Notes: generated from the letters alone by a model not told the origin. A stretch of 64,000 nucleotides of DNA from Trichosphaerium sp. ATCC 40318 (GCA_038496445.1 JALMLS010000538.1:1-64000), one strand, 5' to 3'; counted from the stretch's first letter, positions 25,513 to 38,685 are shown. Made by a program: numbers and translations.

Positions 25513-27553
25513 ATGAATAAATGTTCTGATTCATCTCTTCTTATTGTAGCAGTCTGCTTTATGGCTATAATTGTTAAAATACATGGAGAGCACGATACTC
25601 TCTTTAAAAGAGGCACCATGGACGTTACTAAGCTTGAGGCGAGTGTAAGCTGCCGACTAGGTAAGTTGTTCGTAATAAAATAACTAATTATCTTCATCTA
25701 ATTTTACTCAGGTATCACCAAACCACTTAGCATCGAAGACGTCATACCAGGCCTAAGCCCAGGATTTTTAAACGGTGGTATTAGTCCGGCGATGGTATCT
25801 GGAATTATAAATGGAGTGGTACTGTTTGTTTTAGTTAGTCTTGACAAGTACACAAGATGTTAAGAAAGACTTTAAAAAACAAACCCACGTGATTTTTTGT
25901 ATTAATAAGTATTATCTAGGAATATTTTGTTCTTGTTTTTTCGTACGCTTCTCGAGCAAATCCAGCAGAGTTGATTGTAGTTGTGTTCACGAAAAAAGGT
26001 TTGTTCAAAGTAAATCTAGTTTGTTCTCTTTTGCTAATTAGAAGCTGTGTTGTAGGACTTATAAGTGGCAAACTAACATACTTTCGAGTTGATGACAGAA
26101 CAGTTCCAGACATCGCTGTTGGGAATAATGAATTTGTGCTTGTTGCCAGGAGAATTAGTACGAGAGAGAAAGCAATTTCAATATATTATCTTATTGAAGA
26201 TCCTGTTAACGGTGTACGTAATGTCAAAATACACTTTTATGACAGCTACCTTATTCTTATATAAAGTCATAATAGGGTCTTCTAATGAGAGACGGTGGTG
26301 AGTTTCCTGCAGAGGATGGAATACTTCGAGACGTTCAGAAAATAGCTCACAACCCAAGTACAACTCTTCACAAAAGTCGTTACTAGCGTACTATTGTTTT
26401 GATAGATGATGACAAGTACTTGATTGCTTACACGTCAGGCGATGGTAACTTTTACACAATACTTGACTCACAAAAGAATCCTCTGGTTACAGGTGCCTCA
26501 ATTCGTAAGTACAAGAAAATTACAAAAGCAAAGAGCGTTTTAATACTTTGCATAGCTGCGACAAGTAATGATTTTGATGTTGTCTATGGTGGAGATGTAT
26601 GTAATTGCTTCGATGTTATTATCCGTCAGGATGATGGTATGGGTGCCGGTCTCATACTTCATTGGATAGTAGATGAGAGCGACATGCCGTTTGTTGTATG
26701 TATTTTTTAGTTGTTCAAATTTCGAAACGTTCACTGTTCTTCCTTTTTAATAAGCATCTTGTTTGTTTAATTACCTATATATACCTTCGCTCCAGGCTCC
26801 ATTATTTTACTATGATAGGCTATTAGATTCGAGAATGAAGAAAACTTTATTGTCGATAATCTCCGCTTTTTGTTCAACAGAACAATTACTTGTAAGTCTG
26901 ACTTCTTTTATCTAGGATTTTACCATTAGAGATATTAATATGCATGAGTCGCGTGGTTTAACAGCAATGTACCATCCCACGTCAGGGTTGATTGGCATCA
27001 TGTCCTATGGAATGATTCCCGTAAAAAGAGGAGTTCCTGGTGAAACTACTGAATTCTATCTCCGAGAAATTGATGAGAATTTTAATTTGATCAGTGTTGA
27101 TAGTGTGCGAACACTTGATCAAGAAATTGACACTAGTAATAATGCCATTGGTATGGATTTCATACTCAATGAAAGAGGTACTTTCTTAGGGTTATCTGCT
27201 GACGAAGACAATGTTGCCAGACTATTGTACATCACAGTATTCGATTCTGTTACTAGTACATTCAAAGTTCTGACTGTCAGTGCGCCAGGTTAGTTCATTC
27301 TTCCTTGGCCTAAACACTCACACTTCCCAACAGAAGTTGGCCCGGAACAACCTGTAATTGCATATGGATCTATGAGTTGTACAACAGCAGTAAGGCATAC
27401 AACGTCATTTTTTTTACTCATTTTTCTTTGTTGTAGCTTGCATTCATTACTGTGGACATGGATGCAAGTGAAAAGTTATGGTTGATGTTGTTAGGTAATA
27501 GCATGGAAAGACAGATAAACTTAAAACAAGGCCAATGTGCTAGACGAGTTTAA
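25513..27553 (+). CDS. Uncharacterised secreted or type II membrane, beta-rich protein, multi-exon
   Basis: N-terminal hydrophobic segment (SSLLIVAVCFMAIIVKI); open exons (26399-26710, 26940-27293) linked by GT-AG introns; stop 27551-27553. No family recognised. Confidence 0.6.
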
Positions 27554-27731
27554 CCCACAAATCAAACTCCTGAACAAATGTTTAGCTAAATAAATGCCGA
27601 CAACTACTTTGGTCTGAATAAATTAATGTTATTTCTTTGAAAATCGTATACCACATACCACCACTAGTAAACAAGTATTATTGTAAGGTTGTATGTAATG
27701 GGTTTTATTTTATCGTTCTTTTTTTTTTTTT

Positions 27732-30700
27732 TTACACAGCTGTTGAAATGTACACTTGTAATAAATCATCCCATATTGTCTCTATACTTACACCAACTAA
27801 CTGTGCTAACTTTTGTTGTCTTTCTCTATCAAGGAATAGGTACTTCCAAAGTAGCTCTCCATCAATAATCTTACGATGATGGTTATGAGACATGCGTTGT
27901 CCTGGCTATAAAACAGAAAAAAGTAAGAAAAAGAAAAGAAAACTTGACTCAAAAAACGAGCGCGCTTCAACCCACGAAAGATATTTTTGGGAAGAACACC
28001 GAAACCACTGTTCTTAGAAGTAAAGACAAAATAAAAAGTACAACACACAAGAATTAAAGTTGAAGTGTTTTCAGTCAAGCAACAAACAAAAAAATTTTCA
28101 ATAAAATAAAACAAAAATGTAATTACCTTAGTAAGCCTGAATGCCTTTGGGTTCAACCCAGCATAATGTGGTATTGCTGAAACTAACCTCATCTCTAATT
28201 TACCCAATCTTTTAAAAACTTCTTCATTGATTGGCGCTAAGTATCCAAGAGTTCCATCAAGTCCACCTAGCAAAAAAACAAACTTAGAGAAAGTTGGCAA
28301 AAAAAGAAAAAGCATACCAAAGTTTACAACCCAACGAATAGGTGGTCCCTTTACTGTCTTTAACAGGCTCTGTGGTACACGTTTCATACAGTTTAGGTTA
28401 GTTCCAATATGGAAGTTACCCTGACAGAGCAGTTTCTGTCCTCCACTACTTTCTTTGCCTGGAAAAAAGTATGTGAGTCTTGTGCTTTTTTTTCTTTCTT
28501 CAAAGAATTTGTTTGACGTACTCATTGGTGCATATGTATACATGTGAAAGTTAGCTTTACCATCGCAAGCGATAAATGTAAGGTTCTTTCCATCAATCAT
28601 AAGTTCAGTAGAGAAGAGCTCCATCTTATCATAATCTTTACCTTCCAAAACCAATTGCTTTGCAGGTCGCTAAAAGAAAAAATAAATACATAAAAAGTTG
28701 AATAATATGAATTACCTTCCACCTGAGGAACATAAGACTCTTGTACATATCAGCAAGAAGTATATAATTCCTCAACGTGCTAACACAAGCTACATATAGC
28801 TGCGCATCATAGAACGCCTTTGCAACAAGTACTTTCTTATCACGAAGTTTGTAAAGTAAAACCTAATAAACGTCAATCACAAGAAGATACTGTCTTTCTT
28901 TTGACGTACCTTCGGACCAATACTAGCTAATAATAGGCCGTCAACTTCAGCTATAGCAGAAGCTGGTCCTTTAACATCTTCAGAACATAGATGCTTCAAT
29001 GTTGCTATTTGTTTCTCATGTTTTGAATCAAGTGTTTTGATGATTTCAAAAATATGTATCTTAGAAAGTCAAGGAGACAAAAAAATTAAGTTCAAACAAA
29101 GAAATCTCAGATGGCTGTGTAAGGATACGTGTCCTCTTGTTTGACTATCCTCATCTGTATATGACGCACATCCAATGACTAAACACGTAGAAAGTGCTTT
29201 TGTGTGCGCTGGACCGTCTTTCTAAAGAAAAAGTTTCAGAAACGATTTTATGTATTTCCGTTTTGGACTCACCTCGTCTGTTGCTAATTTACAAATTTTC
29301 ATATCTAAGCACGTTTGACCAGGAGGTAAGTCCCATTGATCACGTTGTTCAAACTCTGGACCCATCAAACGTAACTGAAACTGTTTCTCATACCAAATAG
29401 GCAGCCTTGGTGCGAGTTCTAAAAAAAACACAAAGATTAACAAAAATCAAAGAATGTTCTGTTTCCTCAACTGGAACTCCCACATACCATGCATTTCATT
29501 CAAGAAGGGTTTACTTAGAGTAGGTTCTTGATCTAGAACTGTTCCTTGATCCGGTCTCGGCTTGAATAAGTATGCTTTTTGGTTTTTTACAAACTTCCAA
29601 GTCATTACTGCTGTTGCGTTCTTTTGAGAGTGGTAGCAGATCAAATGAGGTGTAGCATTAATTCTGTACTTCCTCACTTGTGCACCAAGAGAGAAATTTG
29701 ATAGAGGATCCAACATACATATTTTGAGTAATTGCTTGACGAAGTGTAAGTAATAAGAAAAAAGTAAGAATAAACGGGTCAGACTTACCTTTTGATGGTC
29801 GTAATATGCGAAGCCATGATCAAGCCTTGTAGAGTGATGAAACTCTGCAAAACCAGATACAAAACCTTCATGTGTCATTGGTACAACACGAACATAATCA
29901 CGTTCCCAAAAAAGCCAAAGTGGCACATCACCACAAACGAAAACCTGTTGGCAATCTTGTTAGAATACTCTTCGATTAAAAACAAAGAAATCGCTTACTC
30001 CCGATTTCCCAGCAATATTACTGAATGGTAAGAATCGCTTGTAAGTTGCCTCTCGAGGCTTAGTGTCAACTACTTTCAAGTCAACCTCTGTAGTAAAGAT
30101 TCGTTCTTCAATTATTTCTTCGTCTTCTTCTTTCTTTCCTTTAGATCTACTGCTGTCTTTACGGTCTTTTCTATTAATAAGAATATAAGGTCAATGACTT
30201 GAAGTCATTAAAACAAGTACTATCTTACTTGTTGTCACGTTTGCGCTTAACCTTAACCTTCGAAACAGTTGGGTGTATCAAATTGCGAAGTAGTAACTTA
30301 TGTGAGATTCGTCTCATCCTCAAAGGTAATGAGTCTTCACGAGTCTAAATATTAAATATTAGAGACAGAAAAAAAAAAGTACAACATCAGCGTAACTCCA
30401 CCAAAAACCGATGGAAATCACGTGATAGCCAAGTAAAAATCAAGCTCGTTTAAAGAATTATTTGCAAGATAAATTAACCGCTTGATACTGAGCCAAACAG
30501 CATAGACACGTGCTTTTTGAAAAAGAAAATTCTGAAAAACAGCGTTAGACGTGCCTTGTAGTAAAATCCCTGGTAAAGCAATAAATCACCATTATCCAAA
30601 GAAGCAAGAACATAAGGCATAGCAAAAGGTGACCCAAGATTATATATACCAATATCCAAAGCACGTGGCGATTTAGATATTGAACTCCCTCCATCAGTTT

Positions 30701-33700
30701 CCATTTTATCTTCAGCTAATCTCAAATCCTTGCTCTTAGCAAGAGGCATGCCTTCAGTGAACTTTGGTACAAAGTAGACAAGCTTACAGTTATCTAAACG
30801 CCATATCTTCAATGTACCATTATCTGTAATACCTGCCAAGTATGTAGGCGATAGCATAGGTACAGAACCGACAAAGTATCTCTTGAACTTATCCATTCTT
30901 TTATCATTTTTTGTTGGTTTTGTCTTAAACTCAGAAGCATACATTTCACGTTCTTCTGGATCATCAAACCTTTCTTCATCAAGAGCTGGTCCAGTTCTTT
31001 GTTTTTTGTCTTGGTTATTATCATCAACGTCCATTGAAGATATATCCTCCCCCTCAACGTTAAATATACGACTCTGTCCAGGATCTTGAAACAAAGTGAC
31101 GCATGTAAAATTATCCTATTAGAAAAAAATTAGTCCAAAAAAAAAAAGAATGTCTTTGCAAAGGAAGACGTACAGTCTTTTGTTTGAACTTATGGAGTAC
31201 TAATTTCTTCGCTTCTGTAATAGTATATATCCTTAACCTACCAGAAAGAAACAAAACAAAGGCACAAGTCCCTTCAACTCCAGCAAATAGAATTTCGCCT
31301 TCATCTTCAATATCTTGTTTAGAAATTTTCTTCATGCCATGAAATAAGTATACAGCATCTGGTGTTACTTGTATCGTATGTTCATTATCAATTATATTAC
31401 CAAAGAAAATAGTAGGTGCATCTGATATAAACTCAGCATCTTCATGCATATCCTCAAGGAGAACAGATTTCTTTCTTTGTAGAAGAGTTGTCGAATCTTC
31501 TGTTGATAGCAGAAGGTATGCATGCTGTAAGGCAACATCATCATTCTCATCAATAAGAACTGATGTATCATATGCGCTGAAAAATCTTTTATAGTCACGA
31601 ACATCATGACAGGAAACAAGCTCCGGACGAATAGCACTCTAAACAAAAAGTCAACAAAAAATATTGAAGATCAACAAGACGCACCCTCACAACACCAATA
31701 GCGCCTGTGTGACTGTAACCAACGCAACACGCTGTTTGTACACCAACAGGAGATCCCTTTTTGAAGGCCGTATCAGCAATCTTTGTATGTGTGAAAGACG
31801 CAATAGGTGCCAATGTAATTAAAGAATCATCGACTCTGAACTTATATACATTATCCGCATCTTGTACAGCTCGTGCTGACTCCCGCGTCTTATACAACGC
31901 ACGCAAGTCAACCTCTTCTTCTGTGAGGATTTCTCTACAGCAGAAATACATGTTAGCAAGAGCACAAAACTTTGAGGGACTTACTCAGGAACACCATTCG
32001 TTTCTTCTTCCTTTTTTTCTGGTAATTGAATAGATATTTCAGGTTCGTCCTTAACAACTTCAGTTTGTTCAGGTTCCCCTCGAGTATCTACTGTCTTTTG
32101 TCGCTTAGCTGGAGGCTCTTCAACATCTTTGTTATCGTCAATAGTGCTAGCAGGTACGGCCACTGTAGGTTCTTCTTTTGCATCAACTGCAGCATCTTTG
32201 TTCTCTACTACCGTTGTAATTTCCATTGGATCCTAAAACAATTAGACTCACACTTGAGCAACGACTTACATCTTTTACTGGTTCTGCTTTAACGTCTGGT
32301 ATTTCCTGCTTAATTGGTGTTGTTGGAATACCATCTGGTTGAGCTTGCTGCTCTTCCTTTGTAAGTGTACTATCCTCAATATCAAGCTCATCTTCTACAG
32401 CCTCTTTCTCTGGCTCCGTTGGTGCCTTAGCACGTGGTTGTTTTGATACAGATAGCAACAATGAGTCACTGAGTTTAGAACCCAAAAAGACATAGCGAGA
32501 AGATAAAGTACACATCTTTAAAAAAAATAGTAAGCACTAGATGGAAACATGTGTTTTTCTACGTACTGTGGAAGCATATACTGATCGCCCAGAGTGTTCA
32601 ATGTCAAATCTCTTCAAGCGGCCGCCACCAGATGGTAAGAGTCTAATAACATACAATGATCCAGTTTGTATTGAGATGAGAACATCAATTGGTGATAAAA
32701 AGGTGTATTGAAAATCCTCAATAGCTAATACAGGACCAGCTGTATCAAGAGGAAAATCAAGTTTATTCTGATCTCCAAAGTAGTTCAATGTTTGCCCATA
32801 GCGGTCTGTCTGATTAAGATATAGTACAGCGTTTGTAGACATCACCATAGCACCGCCTAAGATCGAATATTGAGCCATACAATGAAGAAAACAAGAAGGA
32901 GAAATGGTAGCGTACCGAGAGGTTGCGGAATGGGTATTACACGAAATGAGTTGTATGGTAAGCTCTTATGGCTCCATGCTTCATAACCTGTCTTTGCAGC
33001 AAGGGATATACCAATGGCTGTAACAGCAATAGTGTTTGAACGCTTAACAAGTCTTCCACACCATGTGACAGCAGGTTCGTGTAGAATTAATAGAGTTGGA
33101 TCGTAGTAGCCCTCCAGGAAGATAATATCACGAATATGGACAATACCGAACTTTTTAAGATCTAGAACCCAACTAGATGGGAATTTACGTTGTACATCTC
33201 TACAGTGTAATCAGTAAACGATGGAAGCATACAAAGAAGATTTGTTTTCAAATAAACAAAAAAAAAGCAACAAGTTTTTTGTTCTTGGTACTGTGCTTAC
33301 ATTGTGCTTTTCTCAAACTCCTTTTGAACAATTTCAATCTTAACACGACTTTGAAGCCACCTTGCTTCTTTGTCTTTATCCGGCATTTGGTATAAAGCCT
33401 AAAACGATAAATATTAAATTTTTTCAATCAACGTCTAATAAACTTTTTGCAAACAAAGACGTACATCAATAAGCTGCTTCACTGGAAAATTATTATCAAT
33501 AAAATATTTCATAGTATGGAAAGGAAGTGTTTGAATAGGTACATCGAAGGCTTCTCTTGACCAACTACAAAAGAAAAATGAGAAAAATCACGTGATCAAT
33601 TTTGTCTTTTTGAAAATCAACTAGTGTACCCAAACAAGCGAATGAGGTGTTCGCAATCTTCAAAAGATAGCTTGGTTGCTAACTCTGCTTGATAGTTATA

Positions 33701-34659
33701 ATAATTAGATAAACTTGCAAAAGTTATAGAGTCCTCCAAGTCAACAGTCTTATCATCAGCTGAAACGGCATTATCAGCAAACGTTCTTGGATCTTGACTG
33801 ACAGGTAAAATCACAAGTTGTGTATTGAATATATTAATAACCGAACAACTATATAACAATGTAAGTGAACATAGTACTTATAATATCCATAACGAAGACC
33901 AAAAAATAAAAAAAACTTTCAAAAAAAGTGCAAATTAAATTTAGTTTAACTGAAATTGAAGCATCAAGTAGTCGTCAATTTCAATGATTACCGTGTTGCT
34001 GGGTCTACTAGGACTTTGGGTTCCCTTGTATTATTAAAGAGTCCGTCCTAAGAAATACATGAGCCAGGAGACAATAAAAATATGAGCCGTTGTTGACAAC
34101 AATGTGGATTATTTACCAAAAAAATTATAAATGGCGTACACGCAAAGAATCATCGTTCTCGTAGAAGTGGAGCGATATAACGCGTATTTCATGTGCTGCA
34201 GTAGAAAATTCAACTATTGATAATTTAGCTTCTGCAAAGCTCATTGCAACAGCGTCAGTTAACCTGTTTGGTAATCTATACTGTGTTTAGAGCTGAATTA
34301 AGTTTTTTTGATTACCGTATCCTTTCCATTGATTGCACACGCCCAAACAGCTGATATTCGCCAACGAGAAGCAGTTTACCACGTTTTTTAACCACACTGT
34401 CCTCTGTTCCTCTTTGATCTGATTCGTCCTCTATCTGGTGATTTTTAGCCACAGCGCGTTATGTACACGGTTTAACGAGCAATTATTTTCAAATGTTTTG
34501 CGACATGTTACGTACAAGCTCTTCTGACAGCGCAAAAACCTGTAGCATTGTTCCTTTAGCGACAATTAGGTTTGTTTCATCAGGCGCAACGAAATTGGCC
34601 ATGAGGGAGTGCTCCACAGCCGAAGGAAGCGTCACATTTTTGAACAATGCGTAGCTCAT
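27732..34659 (-). CDS. CPSF1: Cleavage and polyadenylation specificity factor subunit 1 (CPSF160), about 20 exons
   Basis: IFLEGYYDPTLLILHEP, VFLGSKLSDSLLL, LLADMYKSLMFLRW, ESSGGQKLLCQGNFHIG, HYAGLNPKAFR, IIDGELL. Confidence 0.93.
29060..29128 (-). other. U12-type (minor spliceosome) GT-AG intron in CPSF1
   Basis: Donor GTATCCTT; branch site TCCTTGAC ending 8 nt before the 3' end; no polypyrimidine tract after it; splicing joins TRGH|IHIFE in frame, while read-through hits TGA. Confidence 0.8.
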
Positions 34660-35050
34660 ACTTGGCGTGAGGTGCGAGACAAGAAAAAAAAAGTCAAGTC
34701 CATTTCAGCGTCATCCTATCTACGCACGCCATAGTTCGTACCGACAAATATAACGCCTCTCAACACGACGTCGTACAGATGACAAGCTGGTTTGGGTCGT
34801 TTTGCCCTGGTAAACCTAAAACCGTTCGTAAACGACCTGAATACCGATGTTCGGATATGTACGCGCCCGTTTTACACGCGAGCTTTTAAAATTCCTCAAA
34901 AAAGTTATTTTATTTAACCGCAATTTGATAAACGTTACTACCATTCAATTACGCAGCGATGGTGCGTAACTTTATCTAAAACGATACAGTAATAATAAAA
35001 TTTTGTTTAAAAACACTCCAGCCACTCATTAGAGTGACGTATTGCATATC

Positions 35051-35932
35051 ATGTGTCACAACGACATATTACCTGTATGTCGTTGTGAATTAATACCGAT
35101 CGTGCCCATCGTGCCACAAATCGGTAACACTGGCGGGTTTTTTAACTAGGAGCGAATTTTACGCGTTTCAGTACATTTTTTTTTCAGACACGTAACGTTT
35201 TGTAGCACGACTTGGCCTAAAGAGCTTTATGAGCTTATATGCTCGTACGACTTAGAAATTCACACAAAATGGCCTCTCATATGCAAGCACTTCGCTGTAT
35301 CAACGCGGTTCTCTCCCGAACTCGAGAAAAACGGGCTATGGAGGCAATGGTCGCTTGATACTTTATCTCTACGTTGCCTTGCGAACTTTAAAGACGGAGA
35401 ATTTGATGGTCTATACAAGCAATTCCACCGAAAGAAAAATCAACTTCGAATAAAATGTCGGTACGAAAAAGGAAGGAGACACGGTAGTTATAAGGAGTGG
35501 TATGTATCTGGACAGTTGAGAGAGCAATGTACTTATACAAATGGTAAGAATGAAGGTGTATTCACATGGTATTATGAGAATGGTAAGAAGAGAATAATGT
35601 GTATTTACAAAGGAGGTAAAAAACATGGGAATTTTCAATGGTTTCATAATAATGGACAACTCGGTACACTTGCTGTATATAATAATGGAAGAAGGCATGG
35701 TCGTTATGAAGAGCGTGAGTATTATGGACAAGTTGTTTTACGTCAAACATATAATGAAGGTACCTCTCATGGTAACTATAAAGAGTGGTATAAAAATGGT
35801 AAGATTAAAGTGAAAGGTTCTTATAATAGAGGTGAACTTCATGGAAAGTTTCAGTCGTATGATAAGTATGGTAACCTAGAACGTACTATTAACTTTGATA
35901 ATGGAGACAAATTAGAGATTGTTCTTGCGTAG
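35051..35932 (+). CDS. F-box-like + MORN-variant (YwqK-like) repeat protein, copy 1
   Basis: Probable exon 1 MCHNDILP, intron 35075-35149, then an open frame ...WPKELYELICSYDLEIHTKWPLICK followed by G-x-Y/F-x-x-W-Y-x-NG repeats. The start is uncertain (alternative ATG|GTGCGT near 34959). Confidence 0.75.
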
Positions 35933-36208
35933 AGAACGACAAAAATGACAAACAAAAAAAACGAGCGCCGTTTGGCAAAAAATGTGAAAAAATAATCAGA
36001 AAACTTGTAATCCCTCATTTTCGTACAACGCGTTGGCTGCTAACTTATGCCCACACCCTTTATTGTATACGTAGTACATGAGATTCAAAGGTTGGATGAT
36101 TATAATGGTTGTAGTAGGTGAATAACTGGCCAACAAAGTCAATTTTTTTCAGCACGTTTTTTTGTTTACAACTGTAGGTGTGGCTGAAGCGCGGTTTGGA
36201 TTACCAGA

Positions 36209-36865
36209 ATGACTTCTACAATACCACTCACTGCGAATGAGCGTACTTGCATGCTATTGAACCTACCAGTTGAAGTTCTACTAATTCTTGGTGATATTGA
36301 CGCTGAAATCTTTGTTCTATGGCCTCTGCTATGCGCTAGGACTGCTGTAACATCCAGATACGACGCCGATTTTAATAAACATGGAAGGTTCAAAAAATGG
36401 CATTTCACAAACTGCAGACCCAGGAAACTAAAGTTTGCTTGGAATGCAAAGGGTAGTAAGGTGCTATCAAACCACTTCAAGTTGAAACGCCATTACCTCA
36501 AGGAAAACGTTAGATTTGAGCATGGAAAGAAGGACGGAGAGTATAAACTTTGGCACGTGAATGGACGGTTAATGGTTCATGGTTTTTGGAAAAATGATGT
36601 CCGAGAAGGCGATTTTAAGACTTGGTACAGTGATGGCAAAATTCATCGGCATTATCATTTTAAAGGTGGACGTAAACATGGTGAGTGTAAAACATGGACA
36701 GAGGATGGTGCAATAGAGATATTCAAATGGAAAAACGGAGTCAAACAAGTTGCGTTTGGCAATGATGGCAACTTAATGTTTACCTCTGAAGAAGCATCAC
36801 GCACATTTATTCACACTATTACATCCCAGCATCAACGCGGTTATTATTCTCCATGGAAGCCGTAG
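36209..36865 (+). CDS. F-box-like + MORN-variant repeat protein, copy 2 (intronless)
   Basis: LLNLPVEVLLILGDIDAEIFVLWPLLC followed by GKKDGEYKLWHVNG, REGDFKTWYSDG and KHGECKTW repeats; paralogous to copy 1. Confidence 0.85.
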   Translation: MTSTIPLTANERTCMLLNLPVEVLLILGDIDAEIFVLWPLLCARTAVTSRYDADFNKHGRFKKWHFTNCRPRKLKFAWNAKGSKVLSNHFKLKRHYLKENVRFEHGKKDGEYKLWHVNGRLMVHGFWKNDVREGDFKTWYSDGKIHRHYHFKGGRKHGECKTWTEDGAIEIFKWKNGVKQVAFGNDGNLMFTSEEASRTFIHTITSQHQRGYYSPWKP

Positions 36866-36875
36866 GAGTATGAAC

Positions 36876-36885
36876 ATCACGTGAT
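36876..36885. promoter_or_regulatory. Palindromic E-box/CLEAR-like site ATCACGTGAT about 100 bp upstream of the ML-like gene
   Basis: Perfect 10-bp palindrome; one of 14 non-coding TCACGTGA copies in the window. Confidence 0.5.
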
Positions 36886-36982
36886 CTAGTATCGCAGATA
36901 TTATTTAGCCGGTCCGGAAATGTAGTGACACTTTTTCGTTAGGCTTAAGCCTCAATTCACCACTTATTTATCATCATTAAAC

Positions 36983-37781
36983 ATGTTGAAGCTTGTCCTT
37001 ATCTGTTCTCTTATTATTGCTGTAGCCGCTGTCGGTTTTAAAAACGATCCGTGTAACGGGTATGGTCTTTTGTTTCTCTTGTTTTGACAACCCACGTGTT
37101 TAGTTTAAATTTAAAATTAACTCTAATTTAGAGGCGCTTGTACCGTACAGTTCAAATCTATGCGTTTCGCTGGTTCTGTGCTTACCGCAGAGATTGAAAA
37201 TACTGGATCTTCTCCTATTGATGCTGGAAATTTAGTAATGGAAACTGAAGGATACGGTGAGCAATCTTTTTCCGAAAAAAACCGAAAATAATAAATGTTT
37301 TTTAGGATGTATTGTTTTCTTGTGTATGTGGGGTGAGGGTCCTACACTTGATGACCCTACATGTTCTTGGCCTGGTATGAAGTACGTTACGACTTTTCAT
37401 TCGAAATTTTTTCCGAAGCAGGCTTTTGGCCCTTTTTTGATACAGCGCAAACTTTGATTAATTATTCTTCTCTAGCTGCCAAAACGGTAACCTCATCAAC
37501 GGTGGTGAGACCAAAGTAGTCACCATGGACTTTGAAGAAGCTCTAGAAGAAGCAAAACAAACTACAGGGTGTTGTGTATGTGCTCTGAATGTTTCTGCAC
37601 TTTATTTTTTCCAAAGCTTAACTTTCTTTTGTAGTCTGTAGATAGAAGCTGTAACGCAACTCCTGGAGAAGCTGGATGCATGTTGAGAGGATTAGCTACA
37701 TTCTCTAACGGTGGTGGAGACTACGCAAAAGTATTCGTTGAGTTTACATGTGACTTGAGCTCCAACGAGTGTACTGTCTAA
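36983..37781 (+). CDS. Small secreted Cys-rich beta-sandwich protein, possibly ML (NPC2/MD-2)-like; 5 exons; missed by the ORF track
   Basis: Spliced: MLKLVLICSLIIAVAAVGFKNDPCNGGACTVQFKS...DDPTCSWPGMNCQNGNLINGGETKVVTMDF...AKVFVEFTCDLSSNECTV*. All junctions are GT-AG and in frame. Confidence 0.75.
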
Positions 37782-37875
37782 AAGCTTTGCGAAAAAAATA
37801 AACGAAAGTTTGTGAAAAAAAAATAACAATTTTAATCTTTCTCTTTGAACAGCGCAGTTGAGGGTCAGGTAATAA

Positions 37876-38474
37876 TTAGTCAAGTATTACTACACCATCA
37901 TCTACAATGTTTGTGACATCCTCTGGTTTTTTACTTTCTCCACCACGTGCCATGTCTAATTTTATGATTTTTTTCTTATCTTCTAATGCATCGTGTTGTG
38001 TATCAAATACGCTCAGTTGTTTGTTCACGTTTATGTTACCAATGGTCATCTGTACCTCCCGTGAATTTTCTGGTTTATGTAAACGGAAAATACGCAAAGC
38101 TCCTTCGAAGTACGGTATCGTTTTTGCGTGTTGAAACGTGTGGTAATACAGCATGGCAATATTGTTGTAGATAAGTCCAAGATTCTGATGATTACGTCCA
38201 TAAAGCTTCACAGTGAGTGCTTTGATATCAATGTACGCCTGAAGGGCCTTGGTATCTCGTTTTAAGTTCTTTAGAACCTACAGTTTTTCGGTTAATAACG
38301 CCTAACGGCTTGTAGTCTTTGACAAACCTCAATATACTCAAGTTGAGCGTTCCAATACTCTGTGCTGTCTTTACCATGCTTTTGGATTGCATCCTCAACT
38401 ATTTGGGCTGCTATTGGTTCTGCTTTTTCAAAATCCCTTTGTTGGAAAGCAGCAATAAGTGCAGATCTGTCCAT
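37876..38474 (-). CDS. Tetratricopeptide-repeat protein (kinesin-light-chain-like TPR), 2 exons
   Basis: YGRNHQNLGLIYNNIAMLYY...PYFEGALRIF. Confidence 0.8.
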
Positions 38475-38685
38475 GGTGTTTGCGGTGTAAGTGTACTGAG
38501 TTTAAGGCTGGTACTTTTCTCTGAAAGCCTGTAAACTACCTGTTGGGCTATACTGCTACGCGTGACGAGCACAACAAACTATCTGGCTTAATACCTTCTT
38601 TTTTTGCCAAACTCAGTATACACCTCCAATCTCGCTGTAGGTTATCACTAGGTTGGATTTTTCGCTATATACCCTCTGTACTATT

